A stretch of 64,000 nucleotides of DNA. It comes from Eledone cirrhosa. Its lineage: Eukaryota. The translations under genes were made by a program, and so were the position numbers. Below the pieces are notes generated by a model that worked only from the letters and a program-made list of their open reading frames with translations, was not told the origin of the DNA and did no database searches. The stretch lies in contig OZ024756.1 of NCBI GenBank assembly GCA_964016885.1, forward strand, positions 42,780,001-42,844,000, read 5' to 3'. Shown here in pieces: positions 1 to 16,749 of this stretch (its first letter is position 1; each line of letters starts with the position of its first letter).

Positions 1-3000
1 ACATTGGACACACACACCAGAGACAGACACTAGACACACAGACTAGAGACAGACATTAGACACACACTAGAGACAGACATTGGACACACACCATAGTCAG
101 ACATTGGACACACACACTAGAGAAAAACATTGGACACACAATAGAGACAGACATTAGACACACACCAGAGACAGACATTGGACACACACTAGAGACAGAC
201 ATTGTGCACACACCAAAGACAGACATTGGGCACACACTAGAGACAGACATTGGACACACACTAGAGACAGACATTGGGCACACACTAGAGACAGACATTG
301 GACACACGCTAGAGACAGACATTGGACACACTAGATACAGACATTGGACACACACTAGAGGCAGACATTGGACACACACCAGAGACAGACATTGGACACA
401 CACCAGAGACAGACATTGGACACACACTAGAGACAGACATTGGACACACACTAGAGACAGACATTGGACAAACACTAGAGACAAACATTGGACACACACT
501 AGAGACAGACATTGGACACACTAGAGACAGACATTGGACAGACTAGAGACAGACATTGGTCACACACTAGAGACAGACATTGGACACACACTAGAGACAG
601 ACATTGGACACACACACAAGGGACATTCATTGGAGACACACTAGATAGAGACATTGGACATACACTAGAGACAGACATTGGACACACACTAGATACAGAC
701 ATTGGACACACACTAGATACAGACATTGGACACACACCAGAGACAGACATTGGACACACACTAGAGACAGACATTGGACACACACCAGAGACAGACATTG
801 GACACACACCAGAGACAGACATTGGACACACACTAGAGACAGACATTGGACACACACTAGAGACAGACATTGGAGACACACTAGACACAGACATTGGAGA
901 CACACTAGAGACAGACATTGGACACACACTAGAGGCAGACATTGGACACACACCAGAGACAGACATTGGACACACACCAGAGACAGACATTGGACACACA
1001 CCAGAGACAGACATTGGACACACACTAGAGACAGACATTGGACACACACTAGAGACAGACATTGGACAAACACCAGAGACAAACATTGGACACACACTAG
1101 AGACAGACATTGGACACACACACGAGAGACAGACATTGGACACACACTACAGACAGACATTGGACACACACTAGAGACAGACATTGGACACACACTAGAG
1201 ACAGACATTGGACACACACTAGAGACAGACATTGGACACACACGAGAGACAGACATTGGACACAAACCAGAGACAGACATTGGACACACACCAGAGACAG
1301 ACATTGGACACACACTAGAGACAGACATTGGACAGACTAGAGACAGACATTGGTCACACACTAGAGACAGACATTGGACACACACTAGAGACAGACATTG
1401 GACACACACTAGAGACAGACATTGGACACACATTAGAGACAGACGTTGGACACACACTAGAGACAGACATTGGACACGCTAGAGACAGACATTGGACACA
1501 CTAGAGACAGACATTGGACATACACACTAGTGACAAACATTGGACACACACTAGAGACAGACATTGGACACACACCAGAGACAGACATTGGACACACACC
1601 AGAGACAGACATTGGACACACACTAGAGACAGACATTGGACACACACTAGAGACAGACATTGGACACACACCAGAGACAGACATTGGACACACACTAGAG
1701 ACAGACATTGGAGACACTAGAGACAGACATTGGACACACTAGAGACAGACATTGGACACACACTAGAGACAGACATTGGACACACACCAGAGACAGACAT
1801 TGGACACACACTAGAGACAGACATTGGACACACACCAGAGACAGACATTGGACATACACCAGAGACAGACATTGGACACACACCAGAGACAGACATTGGA
1901 CACACACTAGAGACAGACATTGGACACACACACGAGAGACAGACATTGGACACACACTACAGACAGACATTGGACACACACTAGAGACAGACATTGGACA
2001 CACACTAGAGACAGACATTGGACACACACTAGAGACAGACATTGGACACACACGAGAGACAGACATTGGACACAAACCAGAGACAGACATTGGACACACA
2101 CCAGAGACAGACATTGGACACACACTAGAGACAGACATTGGACACACACCAGAGACAGACATTGGACACACACCAGAGACAGGCATTGGACACACACTAG
2201 AGACAGACATTGGACACACACTAGAGACAGACATTGGACACACACTAGAGACAGACATTGGACACACACCATAGTCAGACATTGGACACACACACTAGAG
2301 AAAGACATTGGACACACAATAGAGACAGACATTAGACACACACCAGAGACAGACATTGGACACACACTAGAGACAGACATTGTGCACACACCAAAGACAG
2401 ACATTGGGCACACACTAGAGACAGACATTGGACACACACTAGAGACAGACATTGGGCACACACTAGAGACAGACATTGGACACACGCTAGAGACAGACAT
2501 TGGACACACTAGATACAGACATTGGACACACACACTAGAGACAGACACTAGACACACACTAGAGACAGACATTGGACACACACTAGAGACAGACATTGGA
2601 GACACACTAGAGACAGACATTGGAGACACACTAGAGACAGACATTGGACACACACTAGAGGCAGACAATGGACACACACCAGAGACAGACATTGGACACA
2701 CACCAGAGACAGACATTGGACACACACTAGAGACAGACATTGGACACACACTAGAGACAGACATTGGACAAACACCAGAGACAAAGATTGGACACACACT
2801 AGAGACAGACATTGGACACACTAGAGACAGACATTGGACAGACTAGAGACAGACATTGGTCACACACTAGAGACAGACATTGGACACACACTAGAGACAG
2901 ACATTAGACACACACTAGAGACAGACATTGGACACACACTAGAGACAGACATTGGACACACACTAGAGACAGACATTGGACACACATTAGAGACAGACGT

Positions 3001-6000
3001 TGGACACACACTAGAGACAGACATTGGACACACACTAGAGACAGACATTGGACACACTAGAGACAGACATTGGACACACTAGAGACAGACATTGGACATA
3101 CACACTAGTGACAAACATTGGACACACACTAGAGACAGACATTGGACACACACCAGAGACAGACATTGGACACACACCAGAGACAGACATGGGACACACA
3201 CTAGAGACAGACATTGGACACATACTAGAGACAGACATTGGACACACACCAGAGACAGACATTGGACACACACTAGAGACAGACATTGGAGACACTAGAG
3301 ACAGACATTGGACACACTAGAGACAGACATTGGACACACACTAGAGACAGACATTGGACACACACCAGAGACAGACATTGGACACACACTAGAGACAGAC
3401 ATTGGACACACACCAGAGACAGACATTGGACACACACTAGAGACAGACATTGGACACACACCAGAGACAGACATTGGACACACACCAGAGACAGACATTG
3501 GACACACACTAGAGACAGACATTGGACACACACCAGAGACAGACATTGGACACACACCAGAGACAGACATTGGACACACACTAGAGACAGACATTGGACA
3601 CACACTAGAGACAGACATTGGACACACACTAGAGACAGACATTGGACACACACCATAGTCAGACATTGGACACACACACTAGAGAAAGACATTGGACACG
3701 CAATAGAGACAGACATTAGACACACACCAGAGACAGACATTGGACACACACTAGAGACAGACATTGTGCACACACCAAAGACAGACATTGGGCACACACT
3801 AGAGACAGACATTGGACACACACTAGAGACAGACATTGGGCACACACTAGAGACAGACATTGGACACACGCTAGAGACAGACATTGGACACACTAGATAC
3901 AGACATTGGACACACACACTAGAGACAGACATTGGACACACACTAGAGACAGACATTGGACACACACCAGAGACAGACATTGGACACACACTAGAGACAG
4001 ACATTGGACACACACTAGAGACAGACATTGGACACACACTAGGGACAGACATTGGACACACACTAGAGACAGACATTGGACACACACGAGAGACAGACAT
4101 TGGACACAAACCAGAGACAGACATTGGACACACACCAGAGACAGACATTGGACACACACTAGAGACAGACATTGGACACACACCAGAGACAGACATTGGA
4201 CACACACCAGAGACAGACATTGGACACACACTAGAGACAGACATTGGACACACACTAGAGACAGACATTGGACACACACTAGAGACAGACATTGGACACA
4301 CACCATAGTCAGACATTGGACACACACACTAGAGAAAGACATTGGACACACAATAGAGACAGACATTAGACACACACCAGAGACAGACATTGGACACACA
4401 CTAGAGACAGACATTGTGCACACACCAAAGACAGACATTGGGCACACACTAGAGACAGACATTGGACACACACTAGAGACAGACATTGGGCACACACTAG
4501 AGACAGACATTGGACACACGCTAGAGACAGACATTGGACACACTAGATACAGACATTGGACACACACACTAGAGACAGACACTAGACACACACTAGAGAC
4601 AGACATTGGACACACACTAGAGACAGACATTGGAGACACACTAGAGACAGACATTGGAGACACACTAGAGACAGACATTGGACACACACTAGAGGCAGAC
4701 ATTGGACACACACCAGAGACAGACATTGGACACACACCAGAGACAGACATTGGACACACACTAGAGACAGACATTGGACACACACTAGAGACAGACATTG
4801 GACAAACACCAGAGACAAAGATTGGACACACACTAGAGACAGACATTGGACACACTAGAGACAGACATTGGACAGACTAGAGACAGACATTGGTCACACA
4901 CTAGAGACAGACATTGGACACACACTAGAGACAGACATTAGACACACACTAGAGACAGACATTGGACACACACTAGAGACAGACATTGGACACACACTAG
5001 AGACAGACATTGGACACACATTAGAGACAGACGTTGGACACACACTAGAGACAGACATTGGACACACACTAGAGACAGACATTGGACACACTAGAGACAG
5101 ACATTGGACACACTAGAGACAGACATTGGACATACACACTAGTGACAAACATTGGACACACACTAGAGACAGAAATTGGACACACACCAGAGACAGACAT
5201 TGGACACACACCAGAGACAGACATGGGACACACACTAGAGACAGACATTGGACACATACTAGAGACAGACATTGGACACACACCAGAGACAGACATTGGA
5301 CACACACTAGAGACAGACATTGGAGACACTAGAGACAGACATTGGACACACTAGAGACAGACATTGGACACACACTAGAGACAGACATTGGACACACACC
5401 AGAGACAGACATTGGACACACACTAGAGACAGACATTGGACACACACCAGAGACAGACATTGGACACACACTAGAGACAGACATTGGACACACACCAGAG
5501 ACAGACATTGGACACAAACCAGAGACAGACATTGGACACACACCAGAGACAGACATTGGACACACACTAGAGACAGACATTGGACACACACCAGAGACAG
5601 ACATTGGACACACACCAGAGACAGACATTGGACACACACTAGAGACAGACATTGGACACACACTAGAGACAGACATTGGACACACACTAGAGACAGACAT
5701 TGGACACACACCATAGTCAGACATTGGACACACACACTAGAGAAAGACATTGGACACACAATAGAGACAGACATTAGACACACACTAGAGACAGACATTG
5801 GACACACACTAGAGACAGACATTGGGCACACACTAGAGACAGACATTGGACACACGCTAGAGACAGACATTGGACACACTAGATACAGACATTGGACACA
5901 CACACTAGAGACAGACATTGGACACACACTAGAGACAGACATTGGACACACACCAGAGACAGACATTGGACACACACTAGAGACAGACATTGGACACACA

Positions 6001-6604
6001 CTAGAGACAGACATTGGACACACACTAGGGACAGACATTGGACACACACTAGAGACAGACATTGGACACACACCAGAGACAGACATTGGACACAAACCAG
6101 AGACAGACATTGGACACACACCAGAGACAGATATTGGACACACACTAGAGACAGACATTGGACACACACCAGAGACAGACATTGGACACACACCAGAGAC
6201 AGACATTGGACACACACTAGAGACAGACATTGGACACACACTAGAGACAGACATTGGACACACACTAGAGACAGACATTGGACACACACCATAGTCAGAC
6301 ATTGGACACACACACTAGAGAAAGACATTGGACACACAATAGAGACAGACATTGGAGACACACTAGAGACAGACATTGGAGACACACACAAGGGACATTC
6401 ATTGGAGACACACTAGATAGAGACATTGGACATACACTAGAGACAGACATTGGACACACACTAGATACAGACATTGGACACACACTAGATACAGACATTG
6501 GACACACACCAGAGACAGACATTGGACACACACTAGAGACAGACATTGGACACACACCAGAGACAGACATTGGACACACACCAGAGACAGACATTGGACA
6601 CACA
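1..6604 (+). repeat. Segmental duplication A, copy 1 (sister at ~10105-16512)
   Basis: The rare string CCAGAGACAGACACTAGACACACAGACTAGAG near position 17 recurs exactly 10,104 bp later. ORF pairs: 56/10160 (offset 10104), 1457/11341 and 2834/12718 (9884), 4868/14704 (9836), 6278/16186 (9908). Shared private variants include ACAGGCATT, AGACAATGG, ACATGGG, AGAAATTGG and AGATATTGG. Confidence 0.92.
2030..6350 (+). repeat. Tandem higher-order duplication, period ~2034 bp (repeated at ~11915-16260 with period ~1986 bp)
   Basis: ORF pairs 2834/4868, 3035/5069 and 3273/5307 all have offset 2034. Shared markers are ACAAAGATTGG (2781/4815), ACATGGG (3187/5221) and CACATACT. Confidence 0.88.
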
Positions 6605-7999
6605 CCAGAGACAGACATTGGACACACACCAGAGACAGACATTGGACACACACTAGAGACAGACATTGGACACACACTAGAGACAGACATTGGACAAACA
6701 CCAGAGACAAACATTGGACACACACTAGAGACAGACATTGGACACACTAGAGACAGACATTGGACACACTAGAGACAGACATTGGACACACACTAGAGAC
6801 AGACATTGGAGACACACTAGAGACAGACATTGGACACACACTATAGACAGACATTGGACACACACTAGAGACAGACATTGGACACACACTAGAGACAGAC
6901 ATTGGAGACACACTAGAGACAGACATTGGACACACACTAGAGACAGACATTGGACACACACGAGAGACAGACATTGGACACACACCAGAGACAGACATTG
7001 GACACACACTAGAGACAGACATTGGACACACACTAGAGACAGACATTGGACACACACCAGAGACAGACATTGGACACACACTAGAGACAGACATTGGACA
7101 CACACCAGAGACAGACATTGGAAACACACCAGAGACAGACATTGGACACACACCAGAGACAGACATTGGACACACACTAGAGACAGACATTGGACACACA
7201 CCAGAGACAGACATTGGACACACACTAGAGACAGACATTGGACACAGACTAGAGACAGACATTGGACACACACTAGAGACAGACATTGGACACACACTAG
7301 AGACAGACATTGGACACACACTAGAGACAGACATTGGACACACACTAGAGACAGACATTGGACACACACTAGAGACAGACATTGTACACACACTAGAGAC
7401 AGACATTGGACACACACTAGAGACAGACATTGGACACACACTAGAAACAGACATTGGACACACACCAGAGACAGACATTGGACACACACCAGAGACAGAC
7501 ATTGGACACACACCAGAGACGGACATTGGACACACACTAGAGACAGACATTGGACACACACCAGAGACAGACATTGGACACACACTAGAGACAGACATTG
7601 GACACACACCAGAGACAGACATTGGACATACACCAGAGACAGACATTGGACACACACCAGAGACAGACATTGGACACACACTAGAGACAGACATTGGACA
7701 CACACCAGAGAGAGACATTGGACACACACTAGAGACAGACATTGGACACACACTAGAGACAGACATTGGACACACACTAGAGACAGACATTGGACACACA
7801 CTAGAGACAGACATTGGACACACACCAGAGACAGACATTGGACACAAACCAGAGACAGACATTGGACACACACCAGAGACAGACATTGGACACACACTAG
7901 AGACAGACATTGGACACACACCAGAGACAGACATTGGACACACACCAGAGACAGACATTGGACACACACTAGAGACAGACATTGGACACACACTAGAGA

Positions 8000-10130
8000 C
8001 AGACATTGGACACACACTAGAGACAGACATTGGACACACACCATAGTCAGACATTGGACACACACACTAGAGAAAAACATTGGACACACAATAGAGACAG
8101 ACATTAGACACACACCAGAGACAGACATTGGACACACACTAGAGACAGACATTGTGCACACACCAAAGACAGACATTGGGCACACACTAGAGACAGACAT
8201 TGGACACACACTAGAGACAGACATTGGGCACACACTAGAGACAGACATTGGACACACACTAGAGACAGACATTGGACACACTAGATACAGACATTGGACA
8301 CACACTAGAGGCAGACATTGGACACACACCAGAGACAGACATTGGACACACACCAGAGACAGACATTGGACACACACTAGAGACAGACATTGGACACACA
8401 CTAGAGACAGACATTGGACAAACACTAGAGACAAACATTGGACACACACTAGAGACAGACATTGGACACACTAGAGACAGACATTGGACAGACTAGAGAC
8501 AGACATTGGTCACACACTAGAGACAGACATTGGACACACACTAGAGACAGACATTGGACACACACACAAGGGACATTCATTGGAGACACACTAGATAGAG
8601 ACATTGGACATACACTAGAGACAGACATTGGACACACACTAGATACAGACATTGGACACACACTAGATACAGACATTGGACACACACCAGAGACAGACAT
8701 TGGACACACACTAGAGACAGACATTGGACACACACCAGAGACAGACATTGGACACACACCAGAGACAGACATTGGACACACACTAGAGACAGACATTGGA
8801 CACACACTAGGGAGAGACATTGGAGACACACTAGACACAGACATTGGAGACACACTAGAGACAGACATTGGACACACACTAGAGGCAGACATTGGACACA
8901 CACCAGAGACAGACATTGGACACACACCAGAGACAGACATTGGACACACACTAGAGACAGACATTGGACACACACTAGAGACAGACATTGGACAAACACC
9001 AGAGACAAACATTGGACACACACTAGAGACAGACATTGGACACACTAGAGACAGACATTGGACAGACTAGAGACAGACATTGGTCACACACTAGAGACAG
9101 ACATTGGACACACACTAGAGACAGACATTGGACACACACTAGAGACAGACATTGGACACACATTAGAGACAGACGTTGGACACACACTAGAGACAGACAT
9201 TGGACACGCTAGAGACAGACATTGGACACACTAGAGACAGACATTGGACATACACACTAGTGACAAACATTGGACACACACTAGAGACAGACATTGGACA
9301 CACACCAGAGACAGACATTGGACACACACCAGAGACAGACATTGGACACACACTAGAGACAGACATTGGACACACACTAGAGACAGACATTGGACACACA
9401 CCAGAGACAGACATTGGACACACACTAGAGACAGACATTGGAGACACTAGAGACAGACATTGGACACACTAGAGACAGACATTGGACACACACTAGAGAC
9501 AGACATTGGACACACACCAGAGACAGACATTGGACACACACTAGAGACAGACATTGGACACACACCAGAGACAGACATTGGACATACACCAGAGACAGAC
9601 ATTGGACACACACCAGAGACAGACATTGGACACACACTAGAGACAGACATTGGACACACACACTAGAGACAGACATTGGACACACACTACAGACAGACAT
9701 TGGACACACACTAGAGACAGACATTGGACACACACTAGAGACAGACATTGGACACACACTAGAGACAGACATTGGACACACACGAGAGACAGACATTGGA
9801 CACACACTAGAGACAGACATTGGACACACACTAGAGACAGACATTGGACACACACCATAGTCAGACATTGGACACACACACTAGAGAAAGACATTGGACA
9901 CACAATAGAGACAGACATTAGACACACACCAGAGACAGACATTGGACACACACTAGAGACAGACATTGTGCACACACCAAAGACAGACATTGGGCACACA
10001 CTAGAGACAGAAATTGGACACACACTAGAGACAGACATTGGGCACACACTAGAGACAGACATTGGACACACGCTAGAGACAGACATTGGACACACTAGAT
10101 ACAGACATTGGACACACACACCAGAGACAG
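8000..10130 (+). repeat. Third copy of the ~2.2-2.5 kb unit also found at ~50-2550 and ~10155-12430
   Basis: ORF pairs 8449/10603 and 9187/11341 (offset 2154) and 9877/12175 (2298, six monomers fewer). The AGAAAAACATTGG marker occurs in monomers at 117, 8067 and 10221. Confidence 0.88.
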
Positions 10131-13100
10131 ACACTAGACACACAGACTAGAGACAGACATTAGACACACACTAGAGACAGACATTGGACACACACCATAG
10201 TCAGACATTGGACACACACACTAGAGAAAAACATTGGACACACAATAGAGACAGACATTAGACACACACCAGAGACAGACATTGGACACACACTAGAGAC
10301 AGACATTGTGCACACACCAAAGACAGACATTGGGCACACACTAGAGACAGACATTGGACACACACTAGAGACAGACATTGGGCACACACTAGAGACAGAC
10401 ATTGGACACACGCTAGAGACAGACATTGGACACACTAGATACAGACATTGGACACACACTAGAGGCAGACATTGGACACACACCAGAGACAGACATTGGA
10501 CACACACCAGAGACAGACATTGGACACACACTAGAGACAGACATTGGACACACACTAGAGACAGACATTGGACAAACACTAGAGACAAACATTGGACACA
10601 CACTAGAGACAGACATTGGACACACTAGAGACAGACATTGGACAGACTAGAGACAGACATTGGTCACACACTAGAGACAGACATTGGACACACACTAGAG
10701 ACAGACATTGGACACACACACAAGGGACATTCATTGGAGACACACTAGATAGAGACATTGGACATACACTAGAGACAGACATTGGACACACACTAGATAC
10801 AGACATTGGACACACACTAGATACAGACATTGGACACACACCAGAGACAGACATTGGACACACACTAGAGACAGACATTGGACACACACCAGAGACAGAC
10901 ATTGGACACACACCAGAGACAGACATTGGACACACACTAGAGACAGACATTGGACACACACTAGAGACAGACATTGGAGACACACTAGACACAGACATTG
11001 GAGACACACTAGAGACAGACATTGGACACACACTAGAGGCAGACATTGGACACACACCAGAGACAGACATTGGACACACACCAGAGACAGACATTGGACA
11101 CACACTAGAGACAGACATTGGACACACACTAGAGACAGACATTGGACAAACACCAGAGACAAACATTGGACACACACTAGAGACAGACATTGGACACACT
11201 AGAGACAGACATTGGACAGACTAGAGACAGACATTGGTCACACACTAGAGACAGACATTGGACACACACTAGAGACAGACATTGGACACACACTAGAGAC
11301 AGACATTGGACACACATTAGAGACAGACGTTGGACACACACTAGAGACAGACATTGGACACGCTAGAGACAGACATTGGACACACTAGAGACAGACATTG
11401 GACATACACACTAGTGACAAACATTGGACACACACTAGAGACAGACATTGGACACACACCAGAGACAGACATTGGACACACACCAGAGACAGACATTGGA
11501 CACACACTAGAGACAGACATTGGACACACACTAGAGACAGACATTGGACACACACCAGAGACAGACATTGGACACACACTAGAGACAGACATTGGAGACA
11601 CTAGAGACAGACATTGGACACACTAGAGACAGACATTGGACACACACTAGAGACAGACATTGGACACACACCAGAGACAGACATTGGACACACACTAGAG
11701 ACAGACATTGGACACACACCAGAGACAGACATTGGACATACACCAGAGACAGACATTGGACACACACCAGAGACAGACATTGGACACACACTAGAGACAG
11801 ACATTGGACACACACACGAGAGACAGACATTGGACACACACTACAGACAGACATTGGACACACACTAGAGACAGACATTGGACACACACTAGAGACAGAC
11901 ATTGGACACACACTAGAGATAGACATTGGACACACACGAGAGACAGACATTGGACACAAACCAGAGACAGACATTGGACACACACCAGAGACAGACATTG
12001 GACACACACTAGAGACAGACATTGGACACACACCAGAGACAGACATTGGACACACACCAGAGACAGGCATTGGACACACACTAGAGACAGACATTGGACA
12101 CACACTAGAGACAGACATTGGACACACACTAGAGACAGACATTGGACACACACCATAGTCAGACATTGGACACACACACTAGAGAAAGACATTGGACACA
12201 CAATAGAGACAGACATTAGACACACACCAGAGACAGACATTGGACACACACTAGAGACAGACATTGTGCACACACCAAAGACAGACATTGGGCACACACT
12301 AGAGACAGACATTGGACACACACTAGAGACAGACATTGGGCACACACTAGAGACAGACATTGGACACACGCTAGAGACAGACATTGGACACACTAGATAC
12401 AGACATTGGACACACACACTAGAGACAGACACTAGACACACACTAGAGACAGACATTGGACACACACTAGAGACAGACATTGGAGACACACTAGAGACAG
12501 ACATTGGAGACACACTAGAGACAGACATTGGACACACACTAGAGGCAGACAATGGACACACACCAGAGACAGACATTGGACACACACCAGAGACAGACAT
12601 TGGACACACACTAGAGACAGACATTGGACACACACTAGAGACAGACATTGGACAAACACCAGAGACAAAGATTGGACACACACTAGAGACAGACATTGGA
12701 CACACTAGAGACAGACATTGGACAGACTAGAGACAGACATTGGTCACACACTAGAGACAGACATTGGACACACACTAGAGACAGACATTAGACACACACT
12801 AGAGACAGACATTGGACACACACTAGAGACAGACATTGGACACACACTAGAGACAGACATTGGACACACATTAGAGACAGACGTTGGACACACACTAGAG
12901 ACAGACATTGGACACACACTAGAGACAGACATTGGACACACTAGAGACAGACATTGGACACACTAGAGACAGACATTGGACATACACACTAGTGACAAAC
13001 ATTGGACACACACTAGAGACAGACATTGGACACACACCAGAGACAGACATTGGACACACACCAGAGACAGACATGGGACACACACTAGAGACAGACATTG

Positions 13101-16100
13101 GACACATACTAGAGACAGACATTGGACACACACCAGAGACAGACATTGGACACACACTAGAGACAGACATTGGAGACACTAGAGACAGACATTGGACACA
13201 CTAGAGACAGACATTGGACACACACTAGAGACAGACATTGGACACACACCAGAGACAGACATTGGACACACACTAGAGACAGACATTGGACACACACCAG
13301 AGACAGACATTGGACACACACTAGAGACAGACATTGGACACACACCAGAGACAGACATTGGACACACACCAGAGACAGACATTGGACACACACTAGAGAC
13401 AGACATTGGACACACACCAGAGACAGACATTGGACACACACCAGAGACAGACATTGGACACACACTAGAGACAGACATTGGACACACACTAGAGACAGAC
13501 ATTGGACACACACTAGAGACAGACATTGGACACACACCATAGTCAGACATTGGACACACACACTAGAGAAAGACATTGGACACGCAATAGAGACAGACAT
13601 TAGACACACACCAGAGACAGACATTGGACACACACTAGAGACAGACATTGTGCACACACCAAAGACAGACATTGGGCACACACTAGAGACAGACATTGGA
13701 CACACACTAGAGACAGACATTGGGCACACACTAGAGACAGACATTGGACACACGCTAGAGACAGACATTGGACACACTAGATACAGACATTGGACACACA
13801 CACTAGAGACAGACATTGGACACACACTAGAGACAGACATTGGACACACACTAGAGACAGACATTGGACACACACTAGGGACAGACATTGGACACACACT
13901 AGAGACAGACATTGGACACACACGAGAGACAGACATTGGACACAAACCAGAGACAGACATTGGACACACACCAGAGACAGACATTGGACACACACTAGAG
14001 ACAGACATTGGACACACACCAGAGACAGACATTGGACACACACCAGAGACAGACATTGGACACACACTAGAGACAGACATTGGACACACACTAGAGACAG
14101 ACATTGGACACACACTAGAGACAGACATTGGACACACACCATAGTCAGACATTGGACACACACACTAGAGAAAGACATTGGACACACAATAGAGACAGAC
14201 ATTAGACACACACCAGAGACAGACATTGGACACACACTAGAGACAGACATTGTGCACACACCAAAGACAGACATTGGGCACACACTAGAGACAGACATTG
14301 GACACACACTAGAGACAGACATTGGGCACACACTAGAGACAGACATTGGACACACGCTAGAGACAGACATTGGACACACTAGATACAGACATTGGACACA
14401 CACACTAGAGACAGACACTAGACACACACTAGAGACAGACATTGGACACACACTAGAGACAGACATTGGAGACACACTAGAGACAGACATTGGAGACACA
14501 CTAGAGACAGACATTGGACACACACTAGAGGCAGACATTGGACACACACCAGAGACAGACATTGGACACACACCAGAGACAGACATTGGACACACACTAG
14601 AGACAGACATTGGACACACACTAGAGACAGACATTGGACAAACACCAGAGACAAAGATTGGACACACACTAGAGACAGACATTGGACACACTAGAGACAG
14701 ACATTGGACAGACTAGAGACAGACATTGGTCACACACTAGAGACAGACATTGGACACACACTAGAGACAGACATTAGACACACACTAGAGACAGACATTG
14801 GACACACACTAGAGACAGACATTGGACACACACTAGAGACAGACATTGGACACACATTAGAGACAGACGTTGGACACACACTAGAGACAGACATTGGACA
14901 CACACTAGAGACAGACATTGGACACACTAGAGACAGACATTGGACACACTAGAGACAGACATTGGACATACACACTAGTGACAAACATTGGACACACACT
15001 AGAGACAGAAATTGGACACACACCAGAGACAGACATTGGACACACACCAGAGACAGACATGGGACACACACTAGAGACAGACATTGGACACATACTAGAG
15101 ACAGACATTGGACACACACCAGAGACAGACATTGGACACACACTAGAGACAGACATTGGAGACACTAGAGACAGACATTGGACACACTAGAGACAGACAT
15201 TGGACACACACTAGAGACAGACATTGGACACACACCAGAGACAGACATTGGACACACACTAGAGACAGACATTGGACACACACCAGAGACAGACATTGGA
15301 CACACACTAGAGACAGACATTGGACACACACCAGAGACAGACATTGGACACAAACCAGAGACAGACATTGGACACACACCAGAGACAGACATTGGACACA
15401 CACTAGAGACAGACATTGGACACACACCAGAGACAGACATTGGACACACACCAGAGACAGACATTGGACACACACTAGAGACAGACATTGGACACACACT
15501 AGAGACAGACATTGGACACACACTAGAGACAGACATTGGACACACACCATAGTCAGACATTGGACACACACACTAGAGAAAGACATTGGACACACAATAG
15601 AGACAGACATTAGACACACACCAGAGACAGACATTGGACACACACTAGAGACAGACATTGTGCACACACCAAAGACAGACATTGGGCACACACTAGAGAC
15701 AGACATTGGACACACACTAGAGACAGACATTGGGCACACACTAGAGACAGACATTGGACACACGCTAGAGACAGACATTGGACACACTAGATACAGACAT
15801 TGGACACACACACTAGAGACAGACATTGGACACACACTAGAGACAGACATTGGACACACACCAGAGACAGACATTGGACACACACTAGAGACAGACATTG
15901 GACACACACTAGAGACAGACATTGGACACACACTAGGGACAGACATTGGACACACACTAGAGACAGACATTGGACACACACCAGAGACAGACATTGGACA
16001 CAAACCAGAGACAGACATTGGACACACACCAGAGACAGATATTGGACACACACTAGAGACAGACATTGGACACACACCAGAGACAGACATTGGACACACA

Positions 16101-16512
16101 CCAGAGACAGACATTGGACACACACTAGAGACAGACATTGGACACACACTAGAGACAGACATTGGACACACACTAGAGACAGACATTGGACACACACCAT
16201 AGTCAGACATTGGACACACACACTAGAGAAAGACATTGGACACACAATAGAGACAGACATTGGAGACACACTAGAGACAGACATTGGAGACACACACAAG
16301 GGACATTCATTGGAGACACACTAGATAGAGACATTGGACATACACTAGAGACAGACATTGGACACACACTAGATACAGACATTGGACACACACTAGATAC
16401 AGACATTGGACACACACCAGAGACAGACATTGGACACACACTAGAGACAGACATTGGACACACACCAGAGACAGACATTGGACACACACCAGAGACAGAC
16501 ATTGGACACACA
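10105..16512 (+). repeat. Segmental duplication A, copy 2
   Basis: Colinear with 1-6604, apart from whole-monomer indels and one patch. The copies diverge at 6605 (CCAG) versus 16513 (CTAG). Confidence 0.92.
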
Positions 16513-16749
16513 CTAGAGACAGACATTGGACACACACTAGAGACAGACATTGGAGACACACTAGAGACAGACATTGGAGACACACTAGAGACAGACATTG
16601 GACACACACTAGAGGCAGACATTGGACACACACCAGAGACAGACATTGGACACACACTAGAGACAGACATTGGACAAACACCAGAGACAAACATTAGACA
16701 CACACTAGAGACAGACATTGGACACACTAGAGACAGACATTGGACAGAC

